Positions 6,746 through 16,469 of a stretch of 40,569 bases of DNA are shown here, one piece after another. How positions within the stretch are numbered: the first letter of the stretch is position 1; every line of letters begins with the position of its first letter. The DNA is from a virus: positions 1 through 40,569 of the IMG/VR virus record IMGVR_UViG_3300045988_053499; one strand, given 5' to 3'. Made by a program: the position numbers and the translations under genes. Below the pieces are notes generated by a model, which was not told the origin of the DNA, searched no databases, and saw only the letters and a program-made list of their open reading frames with translations.

Positions 6746-8791
6746 TTAGCTATCCAAATTTATTTCACGGTCTTCTCCAACGCCAGCCCTTATACATTTA
6801 ATTTTGCGATTATCGTAATCCACAAATACCAAATCAAACGAGCAATCAGCTTTATAACTCTGATTATTGCCGCAATCAAGAGTGGCAATAATCGGGATAC
6901 CGCTGTCAACAAGCGTATAATCGGCGTGGCTATGACCAGCCAACATAAATTCCACCCGTCCTGTAGCATCAGCAAAATTATAGTTTTTTTCATTCACGCT
7001 AATTTCGCTTCTCCGGTTATATGCAGAAGAAATTTGCAGCAGCAGCCTTGTCAAAGGCTGTACGTCATCCGGTACAGCACCGTCTGGAATCGCACGGTAA
7101 GCATAGATGTGCGCAGCGATTGCCACATGGTCGTATTGCTTTTTCGTTAGATTTTCAGCGAACCATGCCGCCTGCTCGTATCCGTAATTGTTATCGTAGG
7201 TAAGCGCCTGATTCTCTATGCCGGTATCGAAGCAGTAAAAATGAGTGTTTACTCCATTGAAATCGTAGTAGGCACGTCCTGTATCTCTGTACCACAAATT
7301 ACGAATAGCCACCCGGCTTAAACGCGTTGTATATTTTTCGCTATTAGCATCTTTTTTGCCTTGATAGTTCGTGTCATGGTTCCCAACCAACATATAGAGT
7401 TTATCGAACATTGATCGACGGATGCCGTCAATATAGCCCATCTTATAGCAAGCCATTTCTGGGACATCGCTATTGCCAAGCCAATCTCCACCGCACAAAA
7501 CGAAGCTTGTTGGCGTGCTGTTATAGTATTTTTGAATTTGCGAAACATACTCTTCCATCATAGGTTCGCTACCAATGTCAGTATGCGCAGTAAAGAGATG
7601 TGGGTCTGTAAACCATAAGAACGCCTCGCATCGATTGACTGTCACAACATTATTTATTTCATCTCCGTTAAACAGTGAAGAATATCTTTTGCAGACTGTG
7701 TAAAAATCTTTTGCACCTGTGTGATAAGAAGCGTTGAAATCCTCTCTTTGAAATTCATCAGATAGCAGATAACTGTCTTTTTTATCGTTATAGTCGCTTG
7801 TAGCATAACTTTCGAGAATTTTACCGCCATATTTCTTATAATAAACCCAATACAAAACAACAAAATTATCCGATCTAGCGTTAAGTGTATTTTGAACCTC
7901 AAAGGACATACTATCCAAATTAAACCCAAATCGTTTTTCACCGCCATTAAGGTTTATGCTAAATGTTTTACTGTCTGCATCCCACAATGCATAAGTGCTA
8001 CCAATTTTAGCAGCAATATCCTCGAACGTATACGTTATCCGGCTTTTATTTTTAAAGTTTGCGATATATAACACATTATCGCCTGTCAAAGCAAATCCGT
8101 TAGCGTCCATACGTTCTATTTTTGTACTGTTTGTAAGTATTACATCAAAATCGCGCGCACTTAAAAAGCGCACTGTATTTGATAATGGATTGACAAGTTC
8201 CGCATAGTGTGCTGCGCAATCTTCAAAAATTTTACCGCCATATTGCTTATAATAAACCCAGTATAGAGATAAGAAACTGGTTGAACGTTTATTAACAGTT
8301 GACGCTGTTTGTACTTTTCCAGTCAAAAGGTCAACCCCGAATTGCTGTTCACTTCCTAAAGTCAAAGTAAATGTTTTTGTACTCTCATTCCACGTTGTGA
8401 CATCAGGGAGTTCAGACGCAATATCAGAGAAGTTATATTCGATTCTACGTCGATTTGAAAGGCTTGTAAGATAAAAGCCGGAAGAACCAACAACGGTAAA
8501 TCCATTGTTGGTTACGTTTGGTAATTTTGAATCCTTAAATATAACAACGGCATCAAAGTTGTTAGTATTAACTAAACCTTCCTTTAGCTGACCAACCGCA
8601 TCTCCCGTAGCCTTCGCATCCGCCGCCTTGCCGGAGAGGGAGAGGGTGGGGTCGATGGCTTTCTGGATGTTTTCACCCGCCGTGTTGGAGAACTGCTCCA
8701 CATACTCGCCCATCTGGGCGAGATCCTCGCGCACCTCGGATGCCATGACGGCTTTGCGGATGCCGTCAATTACTTCTTTAAACGGTTTCAT
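6746..8791 (-). CDS. Tail fiber / receptor-binding protein with a duplicated domain and a C-terminal calcineurin-like metallophosphoesterase
   Basis: GGAGG RBS before the ATG at 8791. N-terminal tail-fiber anchor (LSLSGKAADAKATGD). Two repeats of about 112 aa. Phosphoesterase motifs DPH, GGDW, GNHD and GHSHAD. Confidence 0.75.
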   Translation of the reverse strand: MKPFKEVIDGIRKAVMASEVREDLAQMGEYVEQFSNTAGENIQKAIDPTLSLSGKAADAKATGDAVGQLKEGLVNTNNFDAVVIFKDSKLPNVTNNGFTVVGSSGFYLTSLSNRRRIEYNFSDIASELPDVTTWNESTKTFTLTLGSEQQFGVDLLTGKVQTASTVNKRSTSFLSLYWVYYKQYGGKIFEDCAAHYAELVNPLSNTVRFLSARDFDVILTNSTKIERMDANGFALTGDNVLYIANFKNKSRITYTFEDIAAKIGSTYALWDADSKTFSINLNGGEKRFGFNLDSMSFEVQNTLNARSDNFVVLYWVYYKKYGGKILESYATSDYNDKKDSYLLSDEFQREDFNASYHTGAKDFYTVCKRYSSLFNGDEINNVVTVNRCEAFLWFTDPHLFTAHTDIGSEPMMEEYVSQIQKYYNSTPTSFVLCGGDWLGNSDVPEMACYKMGYIDGIRRSMFDKLYMLVGNHDTNYQGKKDANSEKYTTRLSRVAIRNLWYRDTGRAYYDFNGVNTHFYCFDTGIENQALTYDNNYGYEQAAWFAENLTKKQYDHVAIAAHIYAYRAIPDGAVPDDVQPLTRLLLQISSAYNRRSEISVNEKNYNFADATGRVEFMLAGHSHADYTLVDSGIPIIATLDCGNNQSYKADCSFDLVFVDYDNRKIKCIRAGVGEDREINLDS

Positions 8792-10496
8792 CGTCTGCCT
8801 CCATCGTTTGCAGCGCATAAGACTGCACATTAGATGCGTACCCCTTGAGCGTGCGGCTCAGGTCATACGCGGTGGTTGCTTTGCGGGCGCTGAGCGCCTG
8901 CAGATCGGATATGCTTGAGAACTTTTTGCCGAAGGTAAACTCCTTTTTTGCGGGCTTATCCAGCGGCTCCACAAGCTTGTTGCAATTGATCCACACATCA
9001 ATGCCATGGGGCGCGGAAATAATGTGCGTCAGCTTGCCGAAAGCGATGCGCTCCACGTCCACGCCCGCGTCCTTCAGGTCTACGGCTTTTACCGTGATGC
9101 CGTCCGCAAGGCGTAAGTGCTTGCAAAGCTCCATGTCGGCCTCGTCCTGCAGGGACTGCTGTGTGTTGCCCGTGCCGTCCAGCACAATATACCGGGTGAT
9201 AAGTCCGTAAAGCTTCTGGGCAGTTTCATCGTTGGCGGTGGCGGTCAGAGTATTGGTGGTTTCCCACAAAAACCAGCCGCTTTTTTTCTTGCCGATGGCG
9301 ATTACTCGGGTGACAATATCCTCTGCCTTGACGTAGCTGGTCAAGTCCAGCAGGTTCGTGCCGAAGGTGATGCCCTGCGTATTGCGTTCTGTTGCATCCT
9401 GTACATAGTCCAGCCGCCTGACGGCTATATCCAAGTCTGGCATTATCACTTCGCGGCGCGGGCACAGGTAGCCGCCGTACACATCCACAAGCTCGCTTTG
9501 CAGGATGTCCCACGTTTTGCCGTAGTTCTTGCCGTCGCCGAAGCCGTGCAGCTCCTCCACAAGCTGCGGGGTGTAGTCTGCGGACTTTTCCCCGCCGACG
9601 TACACGTTGACCGTGCCGTCTTTTTCCGTCTTGATGCTGTACGTTTTGGATTCGGTGTCCTTTTTGGTCACCTTTATGGTGGCGTCAAACTTATAGGTTT
9701 CTATCGGCGTGGTGATGGAAGGATTTACAATGGTCTGCTCTGCATCGTAAGTCTTGCTTCCCTGAGAGACCGCGTTCCGGCGGAGGGTGAACTGGTTGTC
9801 TCCTGTGCGCCAGATGAGATAGTCTTCTCTGGTCTTGATCTCGTTTAGTGTCCAGCTCTTTTCTGGAGGGGTCTGCACGTCCTCATAGTCGGAAAATACT
9901 GTTGAGAATATTTCAATGAGCCGGTTTTCGTTTTTGGAGTACAGCCCCCAATCTTGACGGTAGTCTCCGTCTGCATCCGGGCTACTGGCCGCATAGTCCA
10001 GCTCCATATAGCACTTTTCGGCTACCGGAACATACCGCCGCTGTTCTTCCACGGTTACATTGCCGATATAGAACTGCTTGTACTCATCGGTAAGCTTCGT
10101 GTGGTTGTCACAGAGAAAGTCCAGAAACTGCCGGATGGTCACGTCCTTGGCGGTGTAGGGCGGCACATCGGTGTCGTTGAGGTAGGCAAGTTCGCCCTCA
10201 CAGTACACCTTCTGCCGCAGCAGAAAATCCTGCTCGTGGTTCATGACCCGGCCCTGCCAGATTTCCTTTCCGTCCTGTTCCACGGATATCACCGTTTTCA
10301 GCTTTTGCAGGGCACTGTGCGCCACGTTGCCCAGCGGGATGGTAAACTCCAGACTTCCGGCCTTGCCAAACTCCCGGGTCAGGGTGGGGCTGATCAGCTT
10401 TGTGGTCTCCAACGCAGAGCCGGGCGCATAGATGCAGACCTTGTCCTCCATGTCGTATGCGGTATATCCTGTGCCTGCGTATATCTTGTAGCTCAT
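8778..10496 (-). CDS. Tail-associated protein Tal (prophage tail endopeptidase-like N-terminus)
   Basis: ATG at 10496 overlaps the Dit stop (ATGA). Position after Dit. The N-terminus is typical of siphovirus Tal. Confidence 0.75.
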   Translation of the reverse strand: MSYKIYAGTGYTAYDMEDKVCIYAPGSALETTKLISPTLTREFGKAGSLEFTIPLGNVAHSALQKLKTVISVEQDGKEIWQGRVMNHEQDFLLRQKVYCEGELAYLNDTDVPPYTAKDVTIRQFLDFLCDNHTKLTDEYKQFYIGNVTVEEQRRYVPVAEKCYMELDYAASSPDADGDYRQDWGLYSKNENRLIEIFSTVFSDYEDVQTPPEKSWTLNEIKTREDYLIWRTGDNQFTLRRNAVSQGSKTYDAEQTIVNPSITTPIETYKFDATIKVTKKDTESKTYSIKTEKDGTVNVYVGGEKSADYTPQLVEELHGFGDGKNYGKTWDILQSELVDVYGGYLCPRREVIMPDLDIAVRRLDYVQDATERNTQGITFGTNLLDLTSYVKAEDIVTRVIAIGKKKSGWFLWETTNTLTATANDETAQKLYGLITRYIVLDGTGNTQQSLQDEADMELCKHLRLADGITVKAVDLKDAGVDVERIAFGKLTHIISAPHGIDVWINCNKLVEPLDKPAKKEFTFGKKFSSISDLQALSARKATTAYDLSRTLKGYASNVQSYALQTMEADDETV

Positions 10497-11230
10497 AGGC
10501 TTGCCCCCAGATACTTGATGGTGATGCTGCTTGCAGCGGTGGCGGTAAAGGTCAGGGTAACGTTTTCGCCGTCCGGGATATCCAGCCCCTCCAGATACTG
10601 CCACTCGGTCGTTTTGGCAAGGCTGCCCGCATAGGACTTGTTGACCTGCAACGACACATTTGCCGCGCTTTCGCCGCGCTGGAAATAGACCGCCGCGGTG
10701 TGCGGTGCGCCGTAGATGACCACGTCCACCGGCGTATTGGCGGGCAGTGCAATGCTGCGGTAGTCCCGCAGGATGTCCGTCTCAAAGTTGATGTCATCCC
10801 ACCGGATGTCTTGCGTGCCGTCGTAGACGTTATACTTGTACGGGTTGCAGCTGCCGGTGATGGTGACCGTAGCGGAAAGCCGCCCCGGCACGAATTTGAC
10901 GTGCCACAGCCCCTCCCAGTACCACGATGGATCATCGTCAAACACGCATTGCAGCCACTTGCCTTCAAGGGCGTTGTGCAGGCGGCTTTGCAGTACCTTC
11001 CACAGCTTTTTCGGCGCTGTGCACAGCAGCTCCATGGTGATGGAGCGCTTTTTGTAGTGCACCTTGCCGTCCAGAGAGGTAGTAAGGTTGAGCAGCGTGT
11101 CAGAGCCGGGTATCTGCACAAGGGTCTCGTCTGGTTCGGGCTCCCCAATGTTCGGGCTGCCCACCTTCATGTACAGCCCCCACGTTGCAAGGGTGTCGTA
11201 GTTGCCCATCTTTGCGCTGTGAATCGCCAT
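10493..11230 (-). CDS. Distal tail protein (Dit)
   Basis: 245-aa ORF immediately after the tape measure gene, the usual siphovirus position. Confidence 0.75.
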   Translation of the reverse strand: MAIHSAKMGNYDTLATWGLYMKVGSPNIGEPEPDETLVQIPGSDTLLNLTTSLDGKVHYKKRSITMELLCTAPKKLWKVLQSRLHNALEGKWLQCVFDDDPSWYWEGLWHVKFVPGRLSATVTITGSCNPYKYNVYDGTQDIRWDDINFETDILRDYRSIALPANTPVDVVIYGAPHTAAVYFQRGESAANVSLQVNKSYAGSLAKTTEWQYLEGLDIPDGENVTLTFTATAASSITIKYLGASL

Positions 11231-13909
11231 TTAAACACCCCTTTCTGCCCGCAGGGTATACACGCCCATGCTGGTGTCCATGTTGGTTGCAAGGCGAGGT
11301 GTGATCATGTCGGCCACCTTTTCGCCGTCCATGACCAGCTGACCGGTGCCGATGTCCGGCAGGTGCTCGTCCAGCATATCGCGGATCTGCTGCAAAATGC
11401 CCAGCTGTGCATCCGTGCCGGTGGTCTTTTCCATATAGCGGTGCTGCATGGCTGCCCGGGTGGAGAACTCGGTCAGGCTGTCGTACACGTCATGCCCGGC
11501 AAAGGGGCTTTCGTAGTGGCTCACAGCCTGCCCGCCGTTGCTCTTGCCCTTGCCGAACTTTGCAAACAGCGCAACGCCCAGCGCCACCACGCCCGCCACA
11601 ATGGCGATGATCGCGGCAACCTCCGGGTTCGAGATAATCAGGCTGCCAACCTTTGCGATCAGCCCGCCTGCGCCTTCTGCGATCGTGCCAAGGCTGCCCA
11701 TGCTCCCGGCAAGGTTTGCAATATCCGTGCCCGCGTTGAGGGCCAAGCTGCCCATGCCGGAGCCAATGGTGTTCAGCACGCCCATGATATTGCTTCCGGC
11801 GTCAGAAACGTTGATGCCCAAATCCTGAAATACATTACTCAAGCCCTTAACGTCCGTTGTAATGCCGTTTGCATCTGCTTTGATGCCGTTGGACATGATC
11901 TGCTTAAAAGCGTTGTACGCCTCGCTCAGACCGCCGCTGGAATACGCCTCGTTGATGGCTTCCAGCGCCTTGTTTGCCCAGTCGGACAGGACTTCGCGCT
12001 GCTCCTGTGACACCTCGCCCCACATCATGTTGACGATATCCAGCCCAAGCGCCGCCCAGTCCTGATTTTTGAGGTCGGTGTACAGGTTTTTGCCAAGCCT
12101 GAAGATACCGCTGTTGAACTGCTGCTGCGCCTTGCTCTGGTTCTCTTCAATGCGTTTTTGGGTCGCCTTGATGCTCTTGTCGATGTTCTGTGCGGTCTCT
12201 GTCACCTTGTCCTGCACGCCGTCAACGTAGCTGATGACCTTGGTGTAGGTCTGCCGCACGCCGTCCACAATGCGCTCGCCGGTCTCGGTGGAGGTGGTCT
12301 TGATGTGCTGGCTGCCGTCCGCGTAGGTTTCCACGGCTTCCTGTGTTGTGGTGGTGATGCCGTTGAAGGTCTTTTCTGCAATGGTGGTCAGGGTGCCAAG
12401 CAGTGTCTTGGACATATCGGCGTAGACCTTCTTGGTCGTGGTGCTTATTTTGCCGTTTGTGTCCGTAACTTTCTTGGTCACAAGCGTATAGGTAGTAGCA
12501 ACGCCGTTGACCATCTCTTTACCGGTCTCGGTGGTGGTCTCTGTCACGCGGTCTTTGATGTTGCCCGCTGCGTCCTTTACCTTCTCCTGCAGGGTCTCAA
12601 CGCTTGTAGTCACGGCGCCAAGCGCGTTCTGTGCGGTGGTGGTTGCGGTGTGCGACACGGACGCTATGACGGTTTCGGTATTGGATTTTGCGCCGGGGCT
12701 CTTGCCGGAGGAACTGGAAGGGCTTGTGACGATGGAACTGCCGCCGCTCGCGGCCGCTGCTTCTGCTTGTCGCTCGGACCAGCTTTTGTTGCTTACGCTT
12801 TTGCCGGAAAGAGCATTCTGCCGTAGCCGGTCCCTGTTGCTTTGCTTTTGCTTGTCTGACTTGTAGTCGTCGTAGTTGTCGTACCCTGCGTAAGCATTTT
12901 TGCCCAGTGCCTTGTTCAGCCAAAAACTCGCCTTATCCATCGCATTAACGGCTGCATTCCCAAGCTGCCCAAACTTTTTGATGATGGCACTGATGGGATT
13001 ATCCAGAGAAAGAATTGCGTTCCCGAGACCCTTCCAGCCGTCCTCCTTGTAGGCTTCCTGCGCTGCGACAACCATGTCGTTCAGGTGGCCTATCACAACT
13101 CCGATGCCGGAAGAAAGGTCACCGGTCATAAGCCCTGCAAGCTGGCTGACGTTATCCTTCAGGGTGGATATACGCCCGTTCATGGTCTGGCTCTGGGTGT
13201 CCATTGCATTGTAGTAACGCCCGCCCTCCTCGCTGGCGGCTATAAGCGCCTGCGAAAGAAGGTTGTAGCTGATGGTCATGTTCTGGACTTCCTGCACCGA
13301 TTTGCCGGTGTAATCTGCCAAGATTTGATAGATATTGATGCCCGCATAGGCAAACTGCTTGATGTCGATTGCGGACGCTTTGCCCACATTGGCGATCTGC
13401 TGCAGGTTTGCAGCCATGCGGGATAGTTCGGCGTTACCGCCGCCGGTTGCGGAAACTGCATCGCCAAGTGCGTTGATAACCTTGCGTGAATACTCTGCGT
13501 TTTCGCCCGCACTGATGAGCAGCTGGTTTGCCTGCGTCAGGGATGCCACGTCAAACGGGGTGCGGGCTGCGTCCTCCTGAATGGCCTGCATGGCTTCCTG
13601 TGCGGCCTGTGCGCTGCCCAGCATATTGGTAAAGCCGGTGGTGTACTTTTCTATCTGGGCGTTATAAGAAATGCCCATCTCCACAAAGCCCTTTGCAAGG
13701 CCTACCGCTTTTGTCCCAAGCGAAGTAAGCATATTTGCAAGGACAGTCGCTTTTGCGCTGGCTGCTGCAAACTGGTTTGCCATGCCTGAAACGCCGCTCC
13801 CGGCTGTGTTTGCGCTGCGGTTCAGCGAGTTTGCGGCGCTTTGCGTCTCTTTTCTGGCCTGCTCGATGCCCTGCTCATACTCGGAGGTATCAAGCCCCAA
13901 AGTGGCCAT
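11231..13909 (-). CDS. Tape measure protein
   Basis: About 890-aa Ala/Gly/Thr-rich ORF after the G/G-T chaperone. Start is ATG 13909 or TTG 13912. Confidence 0.9.
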   Translation of the reverse strand: MATLGLDTSEYEQGIEQARKETQSAANSLNRSANTAGSGVSGMANQFAAASAKATVLANMLTSLGTKAVGLAKGFVEMGISYNAQIEKYTTGFTNMLGSAQAAQEAMQAIQEDAARTPFDVASLTQANQLLISAGENAEYSRKVINALGDAVSATGGGNAELSRMAANLQQIANVGKASAIDIKQFAYAGINIYQILADYTGKSVQEVQNMTISYNLLSQALIAASEEGGRYYNAMDTQSQTMNGRISTLKDNVSQLAGLMTGDLSSGIGVVIGHLNDMVVAAQEAYKEDGWKGLGNAILSLDNPISAIIKKFGQLGNAAVNAMDKASFWLNKALGKNAYAGYDNYDDYKSDKQKQSNRDRLRQNALSGKSVSNKSWSERQAEAAAASGGSSIVTSPSSSSGKSPGAKSNTETVIASVSHTATTTAQNALGAVTTSVETLQEKVKDAAGNIKDRVTETTTETGKEMVNGVATTYTLVTKKVTDTNGKISTTTKKVYADMSKTLLGTLTTIAEKTFNGITTTTQEAVETYADGSQHIKTTSTETGERIVDGVRQTYTKVISYVDGVQDKVTETAQNIDKSIKATQKRIEENQSKAQQQFNSGIFRLGKNLYTDLKNQDWAALGLDIVNMMWGEVSQEQREVLSDWANKALEAINEAYSSGGLSEAYNAFKQIMSNGIKADANGITTDVKGLSNVFQDLGINVSDAGSNIMGVLNTIGSGMGSLALNAGTDIANLAGSMGSLGTIAEGAGGLIAKVGSLIISNPEVAAIIAIVAGVVALGVALFAKFGKGKSNGGQAVSHYESPFAGHDVYDSLTEFSTRAAMQHRYMEKTTGTDAQLGILQQIRDMLDEHLPDIGTGQLVMDGEKVADMITPRLATNMDTSMGVYTLRAERGV

Positions 13910-13923
13910 CAAATTGAAAATAG

Positions 13924-14666
13924 TCAGGTCTCACCACCTCCGTTCTGCTCTGCGGCTTTTTTACTGTCTGCAAGCGTTTTTTCCCAGCACGCCTGCGCTT
14001 CTTCCAGTGTGGTTTCGTGTCGGCGCTGGGATAGCGGCTTGTCGTACTCTTCCATGATCTCGCTGAAGGACTGCTCCACCTGCTGCCCCAGCGATACAGC
14101 ACAAAGAAAAAGCATATCAGCCGTGTACAGCTGGTATGCCTTTGTGCGCTGGCGTTCGCGCATCTCGCTGATGACGAACCAGACGAAATACTTTATTCCG
14201 TAGGCGCTGAGATGCTGGAGGTCAGCGCGGCAGAGGTAGTGCCAAAACTCAGGCCGTTCAAGTCGGCCAGCGAGGACAAAAAATCCTGCATATCCTCCTG
14301 CATCACGGACTTGGTAAGCGCAGTGAACGCCTTGGGCAGGGTGTCTTTCTCGCCCTTTTCCAGCGTGTACAGCTGGTGCAGGGCGTTCATGGTGCGCTGC
14401 GGGTCAAGCTTCATCAGGGGCTTGATAAAGTCCAGCGCAGCCAGCGCAAACTCGCGCGGGGTCAGCTTTTTCTTGCCCTCTGCGGTTTTTGCAGGCTCTG
14501 CGCCCAGCAGCTTCATGGCGTTGGCAACGATGGTCTCCCGGGCGGCTTTGGTCTCTGGGTTGTCTACGTTGTCCTTTGCGTCCATGATCATGCGAGTAAT
14601 GCCGTCCACCGCATCATACAGCTTGGGCAGGGCTTCCACGGGGTCAAGATTGATGGTAAGAATCAT
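13924..14666 (-). CDS. Tail assembly chaperone, -1 frameshift product (G-T type)
   Basis: The -1 frame stays open from the TTTT run (14244..14247 on +) through to the stop at 13924. Position between major tail and TMP. Confidence 0.5.
14193..14666 (-). CDS. Tail assembly chaperone (G-type)
   Basis: 157-aa acidic ORF between the major tail gene and TMP. TAATG overlap with the major tail gene. Confidence 0.75.
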   Translation of the reverse strand: MILTINLDPVEALPKLYDAVDGITRMIMDAKDNVDNPETKAARETIVANAMKLLGAEPAKTAEGKKKLTPREFALAALDFIKPLMKLDPQRTMNALHQLYTLEKGEKDTLPKAFTALTKSVMQEDMQDFLSSLADLNGLSFGTTSAALTSSISAPTE

Positions 14667-15226
14667 TACTCTGCCTCCTTGACGTAGAACTCCATAGGCA
14701 CCTTGCTGGTGTCGGTCATGTCGTAGTGTCCCTTCAGGCTCAGATTGAGGTTGCCATTGCCGTCCTTAGTGGTTTTCAGCTCAAGGCCGCCGTCGCTGGC
14801 AGCTTTCATAAGCCGGATTGCGGCATCACCGCCGCCGACCAGATTGCCGTGCCACCAGATATCCTGAAAGTCCGTGTCCTTGTAGTCCTCACGCACGGTG
14901 ATCTTGTTGGCTTCCACGTCCGCAGCGCCCAAGGAAAGCCTGATGGTGTCTGCGCTGATAGTCATGCAGGTGGTAGACAGACCGCAGTCCCAACTTTTGA
15001 TGTGCTTCAGCTGATAGGTGTTCTCGGGAACTTCGTCCAGACCCTCGCCAAAGTCCACGGTGTTGGGCTTGCAGGTGATGGAGATGCCGCCGGAGGTCAG
15101 ACAGACCATATCCTCTGCTGCAATGGGAGTTGCTTCGGTCGTGTCAAACTTCTTGAGAAGCTGACCCGCCTGAAATTGCAGCTTTTTGAAAGCATCCGGC
15201 GAAATGGCGTGATACATTTTGTCCAT
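14666..15226 (-). CDS. Major tail protein
   Basis: 186-aa ORF directly upstream of the chaperone pair. Confidence 0.75.
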   Translation of the reverse strand: MDKMYHAISPDAFKKLQFQAGQLLKKFDTTEATPIAAEDMVCLTSGGISITCKPNTVDFGEGLDEVPENTYQLKHIKSWDCGLSTTCMTISADTIRLSLGAADVEANKITVREDYKDTDFQDIWWHGNLVGGGDAAIRLMKAASDGGLELKTTKDGNGNLNLSLKGHYDMTDTSKVPMEFYVKEAE

Positions 15227-15239
15227 GCGTTATCCTTTC

Positions 15240-15617
15240 TCACACCACAAAGGATGTGACGTCAAAAGTAAGGTATGTGCACAGGTATTTTTCCGGGGGG
15301 TTGTCCATAGACTGCGCCCACGGATTGCCCGCGCATAAAAGAATTGCGCCGCCCTCGCACTCGATGGTAAGCCCATCCCCGAGGGCAGCGCGCATCTCAT
15401 CTGTTTTGCGGATGATGGGTAGCTTGCCGCCGTCTACCGGATACCACAGCCGCGCATGAAAGGTGCTGCTCTCGTCAAAACCTTTGGGGATGACCGGCAG
15501 CACCGTGATATAGGGCAGGGAAGTGCCCTGCGGCACGAAATCCTCCGGGTATACCGGAATATTGAACAGCGTAAAATAGCTGTTCAGCGCCGTGGTAATG
15601 GCTTCTGCTGCGCCCAT
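15240..15617 (-). CDS. Tail completion / tail terminator-like neck protein (DUF3168-like)
   Basis: 125-aa ORF whose ATG overlaps the upstream stop. Position just before the major tail gene. Confidence 0.55.
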   Translation of the reverse strand: MGAAEAITTALNSYFTLFNIPVYPEDFVPQGTSLPYITVLPVIPKGFDESSTFHARLWYPVDGGKLPIIRKTDEMRAALGDGLTIECEGGAILLCAGNPWAQSMDNPPEKYLCTYLTFDVTSFVV

Positions 15618-15988
15618 CAGGAAAGCACCACCTTTTTGCACTGCACAACGGCAAGATTCATCCCGCTTTCGGCGGGGGAAATCTTGTCGCTGCTCGCGGT
15701 GGTCACCTCATAGGTCTGCCCATCGTCCAGCCGCTTGATGCGGTCGAAGGGGGACAGCTTGATGCCCTTATCCACATAGAGGGAGTAGGTGGACGCCGTG
15801 CCCTGCTGCTCTGCCTGCTGCGCTTCAATAGTCTGGTCGTGCCGTTCGATGGCGAGGAACTCCATGCCGTCCTCCCATGTGGTGGTAGAGCCAAACAGGC
15901 CGTCCGATACCAGCTTTTTTTCCATGAAGCAGAACTTTTTTGTAAAATTCTCCATCACGGTGAACTTGGTAAAATCGTTTACAGGCAT
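15617..15988 (-). CDS. Head closure / head-tail joining protein
   Basis: 123-aa ORF with GGAGG RBS and TAATG coupling. Sequence pattern W..G..F.A.E....E resembles head-closure proteins. Confidence 0.55.
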   Translation of the reverse strand: MPVNDFTKFTVMENFTKKFCFMEKKLVSDGLFGSTTTWEDGMEFLAIERHDQTIEAQQAEQQGTASTYSLYVDKGIKLSPFDRIKRLDDGQTYEVTTASSDKISPAESGMNLAVVQCKKVVLS

Positions 15989-16449
15989 TACAGTTTCCTC
16001 CATTGGTTGATCTCCCGGCGGTAGCGGGTGCAGCCGTCTGCGGGCAAGCCGTCCGTGCCGGTGGCCATGGCGCCGCTCCATCCGTTGAAGGACTGGGAAA
16101 CATAGCGCCCACCGCCGGGCGTGGCTGCATCGTAGTCGGTGATCTTCTTGGCAAGCTCTACAAACACGTTGGGAACCCGCATAGGCTGTACCGTGCCGGT
16201 GAAGGTTTCGGGGGTCAGAGGCTCGCCCGCCTGATGTACGCCGTCATTGAAGATAGAGCCCTCTATTTTGTAGAACTGGTGCGGCGCAAGCCCGGACAGG
16301 ATGTTTTCGGGATCCTCTGCAAGCACGTCCGTGTTGGAGTTGATCGCATCCCAGATATAGTCCACGCCAATGATGAACCGCCCTGTAAACGGTGCATCGT
16401 ACCGGTCAAAGAAGTTTCGCGTGTACACGCACAGTTCTGGCACAGTCAT
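15988..16449 (-). CDS. Head-tail connector position protein (hypothetical)
   Basis: 153-aa ORF with GGAGGTGA RBS, directly after the capsid gene. Confidence 0.6.
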   Translation of the reverse strand: MTVPELCVYTRNFFDRYDAPFTGRFIIGVDYIWDAINSNTDVLAEDPENILSGLAPHQFYKIEGSIFNDGVHQAGEPLTPETFTGTVQPMRVPNVFVELAKKITDYDAATPGGGRYVSQSFNGWSGAMATGTDGLPADGCTRYRREINQWRKL

Positions 16450-16469
16450 GCGGGGTCACCTCCAAATTA

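Noticed and set aside
7811-8557. Diversity-generating retroelement acting on the duplicated RBP domains.
   Set aside because: There is no reverse transcriptase in the window. The two copies are diverged throughout at the protein level rather than showing adenine-specific template/variable-repeat differences.
10700-12010. Long + strand ORFs antisense to structural genes (for example 10700..12010, 16392..18194, 9117..9848 and 20396..21175).
   Set aside because: They lie fully inside well-supported - strand genes (TMP, capsid/scaffold, Tal, head morphogenesis). They lack SD sequences and have Arg/Ala/Gly/His-rich shadow-frame composition typical of high-GC antisense frames.
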